64,000 bases of DNA from an uncultured Elusimicrobia bacterium (GTDB lineage: Bacteria; Elusimicrobiota; Elusimicrobia; Elusimicrobiales; UBA9959), in contig CAIPTO010000082.1 in NCBI GenBank assembly GCA_903867985.1, positions 7,580-71,579 on the forward strand. Reading direction: 5' to 3'. Each line of letters starts with the position of its first letter. Within the stretch, counting starts at the first letter, position 1. Made by a program: the position numbers and the translations under genes. The notes beneath the pieces are model-generated. The model searched no databases. It had not been told where the DNA came from and saw only the letters and a list, made by a program, of their open reading frames with translations. Positions 57,292 through 64,000 of this stretch are shown here, one piece after another.

Positions 57292-57534
57292 TTCTGCGTA
57301 TGGCGTAAATCGTAAGCAATTCTGCAAATGGCCTAAATCGTGAAGCGGAAAACGTAAAGCGTAAATAGTAAGAAGTCTTTATTCTGCTTATGGCTTAAAT
57401 CGTAAAGCGTAAAACGTAAATAGTAAAAGATTCTGCAAATGGCCTAAATCGTAAAGCGGAAAACGTAAAGCGTAAATAGTAAAAGATTCTGCGTATGGCA
57501 AACGGCGAATGGCATATGGCAAACGGCTTACGGA
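57292..57534. repeat. Five tandem family A right-arm modules, each starting TTCTGC
   Basis: TTCTGC at 57292, 57320, 57382, 57431, 57487, each followed by heptamers such as AAATGGC CTAAATC GTAAAGC GGAAAAC. Confidence 0.92.
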
Positions 57535-57537
57535 GTG

Positions 57538-57579
57538 TTGATATTTACCTCCAAATATCCTAATATGTACCATATTAGG
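57538..57579 (+). promoter_or_regulatory. Promoter with overlapping palindromic operator-like site
   Basis: TTGATA -17 bp- TAATAT; perfect CCTAATATG-TAC-CATATTAGG at 57559-57579. Confidence 0.55.
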
Positions 57580-57599
57580 TGAATGGGTTCACCCAAAAC

Positions 57600-58736
57600 A
57601 TGCATATTAAGAGAACTATACAGGCGAGTATTGAAAAGAGCCTTTTCAAAAACAAGGTTCTTATACTTTACGGCGCGCGGCAAGTGGGCAAGACCACTTT
57701 GGTCCGGGAGATACTTAAAAAGCATCCGGGGCAGTCAGCGTATTTAAATTGCGATGAACCTGACATTCGTGCCGCTTTGACAGACAAGACTTCTACCGAA
57801 CTTAAAGTTTTTTTTAAGGAAAAAAAGTTTATTGTTCTTGATGAGGCCCAGCAGGTCAAAAACATCGGCCATACGCTTAAAATAATAGCCGACAATCTGC
57901 CGTCCACGCAGATCCTTGCCACCGGATCGTCCTCTTTTGAGCTTTCAGACAAAATAGCCGAGCCTTTAACCGGAAGAAAGAGGGAGTTTCTGCTCTATCC
58001 GTTCTCTTTCCAGGAATTGGCGTCTTTCTATTCGGAAGTTGAAATGGACAGGCTGCTTGAACGCCGTATTATTTATGGCATGTACCCTGAAATAGTAGCC
58101 GGTAAAGAAAACACCGAGATAAACCTTAAAAGCCTTGCGCGCAGCTATTCTTACAAGGATGTTCTTAAATACCAGAATATAAAAAACCCGGATCTGCTGG
58201 AAAAGCTCCTGCAGGCCTTGGCGCTCCAGGTCGGCAATGAGGTGTCTTATAATGAGCTGGCAGCCCTTTTAGGGATAGATAAGAATACCGTGGCGTCCTA
58301 TATTCAGATCCTTGAAAAGGCGTTTATTATTTTCAGAGTGGGGCCGTTCAGCAGGAATTTACGCAACGAACTTAAAAAACTCCGTAAAATTTATTTCTAC
58401 GATACCGGGCTCCGCAACGCTCTTATAAACAATCTTAATCCGCTTGATCTGCGCCAGGATGTGGGGGCTTTGTGGGAAAATTTTGTTATATCCGAAAGAC
58501 GGAAGTTCCTCGCCAATACCGCTCTTGATAGAAAAGGGTATTTCTGGCGGACAGCCCAAAAACAGGAGATCGACTATCTGGAAGAAGGCGGGGGACATTT
58601 GTGGGCGTTTGAAGTAAAATGGAGAAAAGAAAAATTCAGGACCCCGAAAGTATTTTCACAGGCATATCCTGACGCGGAAGTTTCGCTGGTGACCTCAAAA
58701 AATTATAAAGATTTTATAGGCGCGGTCAAAGCGTAA
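57600..58736 (+). CDS. AAA_14 ATPase with DUF4143 (wHTH and PD-(D/E)XK-like C-terminus)
   Basis: GARQVGKT, LDEAQ, TGSSS, LTGRK, KIYFYDTGLRN, GALWEN, YFWR....EID, AFEVKW. Confidence 0.9.
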   Translation: MHIKRTIQASIEKSLFKNKVLILYGARQVGKTTLVREILKKHPGQSAYLNCDEPDIRAALTDKTSTELKVFFKEKKFIVLDEAQQVKNIGHTLKIIADNLPSTQILATGSSSFELSDKIAEPLTGRKREFLLYPFSFQELASFYSEVEMDRLLERRIIYGMYPEIVAGKENTEINLKSLARSYSYKDVLKYQNIKNPDLLEKLLQALALQVGNEVSYNELAALLGIDKNTVASYIQILEKAFIIFRVGPFSRNLRNELKKLRKIYFYDTGLRNALINNLNPLDLRQDVGALWENFVISERRKFLANTALDRKGYFWRTAQKQEIDYLEEGGGHLWAFEVKWRKEKFRTPKVFSQAYPDAEVSLVTSKNYKDFIGAVKA

Positions 58737-58809
58737 ATCGACAATCGGAAAGCGGAAAGCGTGAAACGTAAAGCGGAAAACGTAAAGCGTAAAGCCTAAA
58801 GCCTATGGC
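58726..58809. repeat. Family A heptamer array (12 units); supplies the ATPase stop codon
   Basis: TCAAAGC GTAAATC GACAATC GGAAAGC GGAAAGC GTGAAAC GTAAAGC GGAAAAC GTAAAGC GTAAAGC CTAAAGC CTATGGC. Confidence 0.92.
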
Positions 58810-58832
58810 ATATTTTCCGGAGGAAAATATCT

Positions 58833-60008
58833 ATGATCCCATTGATGAAAAACACATTTCTTAACGAGTATGAGACCAAAAAAGAGCTCGTGGATTTTAT
58901 ACTAAAAGCTAAGATCCTAAGCATGGGTGAGAAATGCGCGGAGTTTGAAAAGGCCTTTGCCAAGGCGCAGGGACGGAAGTATTGTGTGCTTTTTAACAGC
59001 GGGGGCAGCGCTAATTTGGCCCTGCTTCAGGCCCTTAAAAATATGGGCCGGCTTAAGGATGGGGATACCGTCGGTTTTTCAGCTCTTACCTGGTCCACAA
59101 ATGTCATGCCGATACTCCAGTTGGGTATGAAGGCGGTTCCGGTGGACTGCGAAGCTCAAACGCTTAACTGTATGGCCGCTAACCTTTCCCAAACCCTTAA
59201 GAAGGTAAAGCTGAACGCGTTCTTTATTACCAACGCGCTGGGTTTTGCCGGAGATCTGGGCGAGATCCGGGATGTCTGCAAAAAAAACGGCGTCCTGCTT
59301 ATAGAGGATAACTGCGAATCTCTTTGCACGGCTTTACCGGAAGGTAAAACCGGCAACTTCGGCTTGGCCTCAACATTTTCTTTCTTTGTCGCGCATCATA
59401 TGTCAACCATTGAGGGCGGCTGCGCCTGCACTGATGACGAAGAAATGGATGAGATGCTGCGCATTACCCGCGCTAACGGTTGGGACCGTAACCTGAATTT
59501 TACGGCTCAGCGCCGCTTAAGGGCGAAACACGGCATAAAAAGTGAATTTGAGGCCAAATACACTTTCTATGATCTGGGTTTTAATCTCAGGCCCACCGAG
59601 ATAACCGGATTCCTCGGTCTGACCCAGCTTAAATACCTTGATGAAAATTGCGGCATACGCCAGAATAATTATTTCGCCTTGGAAGAAGAGGTCCTGAATA
59701 ATCCGGATCTCCTTCCGATAAAAAGGGGACATCTTTCCTTTCTTTCCAATTTCGCCTTCCCCGTTATCTGTAGAACCAAGGAACTGCGGAGCAGGTATAT
59801 AGAACATTTTTCCGGAGACGGCGTAGAGATACGTCCTGTAATAGCCGGCAATATGCAGCATCAGCCATTTTTCGCTAAATACGTCAAAGGTGACTGGGAC
59901 CTGAAGGGCGCCCAGTTCCTGCATGAATGCGGTTTTTACTTCGGCAATTACCCGGAGCTTACCGGATCCGATCTGGACATGCTGAAAAGCTGCCTGCGGA
60001 AATATTAA
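58833..60008 (+). CDS. DegT/DnrJ-fold enzyme, ColD-like GDP-4-keto-6-deoxymannose 3-dehydratase
   Basis: NSGGSANL, TWSTN, EDNCES, SFFVAHHMSTIEGG (His at the usual PLP-Lys position), GFNLRP.E, RPVIAGN. Confidence 0.8.
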   Translation: MIPLMKNTFLNEYETKKELVDFILKAKILSMGEKCAEFEKAFAKAQGRKYCVLFNSGGSANLALLQALKNMGRLKDGDTVGFSALTWSTNVMPILQLGMKAVPVDCEAQTLNCMAANLSQTLKKVKLNAFFITNALGFAGDLGEIRDVCKKNGVLLIEDNCESLCTALPEGKTGNFGLASTFSFFVAHHMSTIEGGCACTDDEEMDEMLRITRANGWDRNLNFTAQRRLRAKHGIKSEFEAKYTFYDLGFNLRPTEITGFLGLTQLKYLDENCGIRQNNYFALEEEVLNNPDLLPIKRGHLSFLSNFAFPVICRTKELRSRYIEHFSGDGVEIRPVIAGNMQHQPFFAKYVKGDWDLKGAQFLHECGFYFGNYPELTGSDLDMLKSCLRKY

Positions 60009-60058
60009 CCGTGTGTGTGAAATAAAGGGAAGTTGCGCCTTATGATGCTTCTGTAAAT

Positions 60059-62194
60059 ATGAAAATCAGGGACCTCGCCCAAAAACATCCCAATTTAGCT
60101 TTTTATGCCGCCTTGTGCGGTGTTATCGCGCTCGCTAATCTAGGCGTTGTAAGCGGCCGGCGGTATATGAACTGGGATTCCTATTATTATTTTTATCCCA
60201 AATTCTTATACTTTGCAGACAGTCTTAAATCGGGATATTTCCCTTTATGGAATTCATTTGAACTGTCTGGCGTTCCCTTTATCCCTTGGAACGGGTTTCT
60301 TTTTAACCCTGTAAACTTTGTTTTCGTGGCGCTTGCCCAGATATTTAATCCGCTTTATGTGTTCCAACTCATGCTGCTTTTTCTGGTTTTTATCGGGGGA
60401 GCGGGGGCCTATCATTTTTTCAATAGCTTAAATTATCCCAAAAACGTTTCATGGTTCGGGTCTTTGGCGTTTTCGCTGACCATGTACGGGATGTTGTTAG
60501 GCCAATACAACATAGCTTACGCGGTAGCGTTTGCCCCCTGGGGATTGTATGGCCTGAATAATGTTCTGGATTGCCAGGGCCGGGTCAGCGTTAATCAGAT
60601 CATAGTCTACGCCCTTATCCTTTGTTGTTTTATTATCACCGCGTACCCGGTTATGATATTTCTGGTGGCTTTACTTTTAGGTTCTTGGGGGATTTATAAG
60701 TTTTACGTTAACACGGAATTGCGCGGCAGGCCTGCTGTTGTTGTGGTTGTGAAAAAAATACTGCTGATCTGTGTTTTGGCCGGCTTGTGCTCAAGTTTTG
60801 TTTCCATCCCCCTGGTTGAAAACAGGGTTTATGTCGCGCATGGTCTGCAGGGGGAATTTACCTCTCCGGACCCATGGGTGAGAGTTTTCCTGAAAAAAAC
60901 CGATCCGGTCTGTGGTTATGACGCCAACTTATTGAACTATTTAAAATCGTTCGTTTCACCGGTCGGTTGGTCAGAGGTTTCCGGAGTGGCGGTGTTGTTT
61001 CTGGGCGTTCTGGCGCTGACCAGGTTTCTTGGAGATCCCCTGTTGAGGTTTTTGTTTTTATTGCTTGCTGTATTTATCTCATACACTCACGGGCGGGGCG
61101 GTATCATCTATGAGTTTGTGTTCGATTATATCCCTATATTCGGCAATAATAGATATCCTTTAATCGGTCTGTTGATGTTTAAAGCTGTTTTATTGGTTAT
61201 TTCCGCGCATTATCTGGCTTTTTGGGGAATGATAAGGACAAATGAGCAAGGATGTAGCCGGGAATTACGAAAGGTGAAAATATTGGGTTTGATGTCATTC
61301 TTTCTTATATTCGCCGCTTTTTTATATAAACCCTTTCTTCTTATAGGTATTTCGGGGATCGTTTTTTCAATACTATCGTTTCAGTATCTTAAGGGGAGAA
61401 TTTCCGGGAATATCTTTATCGGTTGCCTGGTGCTGAGTCTTTTCGCTCAGGCTGTTCCCGGCAGGCATCGCTATGTGGATAAAATTAATTATCACACTGA
61501 TGCGACCAAATCCCGAGTAACATCTGTGATATATAAGGCTAATTCCCGTGATGTGACCGTAAGTGCCGAGCCCTGGTCCGTGAATAGCTGGGTTTTTAAA
61601 AAAACACCAACAAACCAGGGGTATTATACGGCTGATACGGTCCCTTACTGGTATCTTAAAAATCACAGATCGATTCAACATTTCTTTTATACAACGCGCG
61701 ATATCGTGGCAGAGGACGCGGGAGTCGTCCGCTCGAATTACAAAACCGACAACGAGTTCGTTGCGGCTTCGCTCACCCAGGTCTTATCCCAAAAAAACGG
61801 CGCGACAATAGTCGATAAGATGCCAAGCTGGGCGAAGGGGGAGGCAGGCTGCAAGTGCAAGCAGAATGATCCGGAGCAAGCCGGCTTGTCCAATATTTCA
61901 ATAGCTCCGAATGAATTACGGGTTGACGTTACAACCGCGCACCCTGTTCTGCTCGTGCTTACCGATAAATATTATCCCGGGTGGAAGGTCTTTGTGAATG
62001 GGGTTGAGAAACAACTGGTAATAACTAATCTCTGTTTTAAAGGCGTTTATCTGGAAGCGGGAACGCATAAAGTTATATTTTCCTTCCGTCCCAAATCATT
62101 TTATATCGCGCTGTTCATCAGTTGCCTTACATTATTGATCCTCGCCGTCTGGGCGGCAATTTCAAAATTAAAGGATGGAGAATCAGCGCCGTGA
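60059..62194 (+). CDS. YfhO-family (GT-C-like) membrane protein
   Basis: G.FPLWN....GVPF, polytopic; C-terminal LVLTDKYYPGWKVFVNG ... GV.L.AG.H.V.F.FRP. Confidence 0.8.
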   Translation: MKIRDLAQKHPNLAFYAALCGVIALANLGVVSGRRYMNWDSYYYFYPKFLYFADSLKSGYFPLWNSFELSGVPFIPWNGFLFNPVNFVFVALAQIFNPLYVFQLMLLFLVFIGGAGAYHFFNSLNYPKNVSWFGSLAFSLTMYGMLLGQYNIAYAVAFAPWGLYGLNNVLDCQGRVSVNQIIVYALILCCFIITAYPVMIFLVALLLGSWGIYKFYVNTELRGRPAVVVVVKKILLICVLAGLCSSFVSIPLVENRVYVAHGLQGEFTSPDPWVRVFLKKTDPVCGYDANLLNYLKSFVSPVGWSEVSGVAVLFLGVLALTRFLGDPLLRFLFLLLAVFISYTHGRGGIIYEFVFDYIPIFGNNRYPLIGLLMFKAVLLVISAHYLAFWGMIRTNEQGCSRELRKVKILGLMSFFLIFAAFLYKPFLLIGISGIVFSILSFQYLKGRISGNIFIGCLVLSLFAQAVPGRHRYVDKINYHTDATKSRVTSVIYKANSRDVTVSAEPWSVNSWVFKKTPTNQGYYTADTVPYWYLKNHRSIQHFFYTTRDIVAEDAGVVRSNYKTDNEFVAASLTQVLSQKNGATIVDKMPSWAKGEAGCKCKQNDPEQAGLSNISIAPNELRVDVTTAHPVLLVLTDKYYPGWKVFVNGVEKQLVITNLCFKGVYLEAGTHKVIFSFRPKSFYIALFISCLTLLILAVWAAISKLKDGESAP

Positions 62195-62271
62195 TTTTAT
62201 GATAAAACTTAATGCTGTCGCGCCGTGTTATAATGGTTTCGGCGATGTAAATAAGAGTTTAGGGGAATCTT

Positions 62272-63078
62272 GTGGCGAAAATTAGAGAATTGGCCGGCAT
62301 TAAAAAAAAGTGCCTCGCAAAAATTCTTGGCATGTATAAAAAAGCCAATGCCGGGCATATAGGGGCTTCATTATCGTGCCTGGATATCCTGATATATCTT
62401 TTTTTTCATAAAATTAAGTCCGCTGACAAGTTTATACTTTCAAAAGGTCATGCCGCGCTCGGATTATATGTAGTACTGGGTGAATCGGGCAGGATGGATA
62501 AAGCGGCGCTTGATACATTCTATAAAGATGGTACTTTTCTTGCTGCCCACCCGCCATGCAATGGCGTGATCAAAGATATTCCGTTCGGAACAGGTAGTTT
62601 AGGGCATGGTTTATCTCTTGCCGTTGGGATAGCGTTTTCGACAAGGTTCAGTAAGGCAAAATTCAAAGTGTATTGCGTATTATCCGATGGTGATTGCAAC
62701 GAAGGTTCCACGTGGGAAGCGGCTTTGTTCGCGGCGCAGCACAAGTTGGATAATTTAGTCGTTATAATTGATAAAAATAATCTGCAGGGCTTTGGAAAAA
62801 CCAGAGATGTTGTCAATCTGGACCCTATGGGGAAAAAATGGGAAGCGTTCAATTTTGATGTTGCGACAGCTCTGGATGGGAATGATTTTGCCGCTATCGA
62901 TAAGGCTTTTAATGAATTGGCTGTAAAAAGGTCGCGACGGCCTAAATGTATTATTGCAAACACAATAAAAGGCAGCGGGGTTTCCTATATGGCAAATAAA
63001 ATGGAGTGGCACTATCTGCCAATGAGCGATGAACAATATAAAAAAGCCTTAAAAGAAAACGGATTACAAGATGCGTAA
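62272..63078 (+). CDS. Transketolase, N-terminal (TPP-binding) subunit
   Basis: GHIGASLS, FILSKGHA, TGSLGHG, SDGDCNEGSTWEA, TIKG.GVS.M....WH. Confidence 0.92.
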   Translation: MAKIRELAGIKKKCLAKILGMYKKANAGHIGASLSCLDILIYLFFHKIKSADKFILSKGHAALGLYVVLGESGRMDKAALDTFYKDGTFLAAHPPCNGVIKDIPFGTGSLGHGLSLAVGIAFSTRFSKAKFKVYCVLSDGDCNEGSTWEAALFAAQHKLDNLVVIIDKNNLQGFGKTRDVVNLDPMGKKWEAFNFDVATALDGNDFAAIDKAFNELAVKRSRRPKCIIANTIKGSGVSYMANKMEWHYLPMSDEQYKKALKENGLQDA

Positions 63079-63976
63079 AGAATTTTCCTTAGCAATAAAA
63101 AAAATAGCTATTGCGCGGCCGGAGGTTCTGTTTTTAACAGGTGATCTCGGATTTATGGCGCTTGAAGATGTGCGGAAAGCACTCGGTAAGCGGTTTATAA
63201 ATGCGGGGGTGAGCGAACAGAATATGGTGACGATGGCTGCTGGGCTGGCATCACAGGGGCATACGGTGATATGCTATAGCATAGCGCCGTTTGCGGTTTT
63301 CCGACCGGCGGAACAAATACGACTGGATGTGTGCCTTCACAATATGGACGTGAAGATAGTGGGAAATGGCGGCGGTTATGGTTATGGGATAATGGGCGCG
63401 ACTCATCATGCGATAGAGGATATAGCAGTTTTGTCAAGTTACCAGAATATGAGATGCTATATCCCATTTTGCAATGAGGATGTGGAAGCTGGTGTGGCCG
63501 CGGCAATGAAAAGAAAGGGGCCCGCCTACCTCAGGCTCGGATACGGAGTGAAACCCGCCTCTTTTCAAATGCCGGCTTATGAAGTTGCGGGACTGATCGC
63601 CAGCGGTGACAAATTGACAATCGCCTGTATGGGACCGGTGGCCTTAAACGCTTTTAAGGCGCTTGAAGTATTAAAACAGAAAGACATCGCTGACTTGTTT
63701 GTTATCCGGGAGGTTCCGCTGCCGGAACTTCCCGAAAAGTTTTTGGATAGTGTGAAAAAAACTAAAAAGCTTCTGGTTATAGAAGAACATGTGGCCAGAG
63801 GCGGCCTGGGGGAGCATTTATCACTTTTCCTGATGAAAAAAGGTATCGGTTGTACTATGATCCACCGGCATGCGCTTGGCTATCCCGGCGGATTATACGG
63901 CAGTCAGTCATATCACCAGAAAGTATGCGGGCTTGATAGCGAAGCCTTGGCCATAACCATAAAGGAACTTGCCTGA
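63071..63976 (+). CDS. Transketolase, C-terminal subunit
   Basis: LTGDLG, NAGVSEQNM, EQIRLD, GATHHAIED, PAYLRL, EEH...GGLG. Confidence 0.92.
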   Translation: MRKEFSLAIKKIAIARPEVLFLTGDLGFMALEDVRKALGKRFINAGVSEQNMVTMAAGLASQGHTVICYSIAPFAVFRPAEQIRLDVCLHNMDVKIVGNGGGYGYGIMGATHHAIEDIAVLSSYQNMRCYIPFCNEDVEAGVAAAMKRKGPAYLRLGYGVKPASFQMPAYEVAGLIASGDKLTIACMGPVALNAFKALEVLKQKDIADLFVIREVPLPELPEKFLDSVKKTKKLLVIEEHVARGGLGEHLSLFLMKKGIGCTMIHRHALGYPGGLYGSQSYHQKVCGLDSEALAITIKELA

Positions 63977-64000
63977 TGAATAAGAATATCCTGTATAAAG

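Noticed and set aside
57292-57534. CRISPR array
   Set aside because: No constant 23-47 bp repeat with unique spacers; the sequence between TTCTGC motifs is itself heptameric; no cas genes.
63976-64000. Next CDS starting at ATG 63976
   Set aside because: Only eight codons are visible, so it cannot be identified.

Overview
A gene-dense, almost entirely + strand bacterial chromosome segment. Gene content and style (PorV-like barrel, C-terminal FlgD/T9SS-like domain, GNVGIGT-repeat protein, orphan stator) suggest an Elusimicrobiota-like groundwater lineage, but this is inference. It holds housekeeping genes (ileS-lspA, a CopA-type ATPase, queF, tRNA-Val(GAC), thrS) and two signal-transduction clusters. 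It also has an orphan motA/coiled-coil/motB stator locus, a secreted-protein/PorV-like/TPR/giant modular adhesin/DUF1566 locus, a TPR-exbB-exbD-exbD-tonB locus, and a ~25 kb surface-polysaccharide cluster (rhamnose, GDP-fucose/colitose-type, CDP-3,6-dideoxyhexose and branched-sugar genes). The strongest unexplained signal is a family of degenerate 7-bp and 8-bp tandem arrays arranged as oriented inverted arms. These fill many intergenic gaps as hairpins, bracket a four-helix-bundle (IVS/Avd-fold) gene whose empty counterpart lies 36 kb away, and flank an AAA/DUF4143 gene. They are also inserted in frame inside rfbG, rfbH (twice), probably manC and ileS, and in signal peptides. All calls are by-eye motif recognition; no database searches were run.
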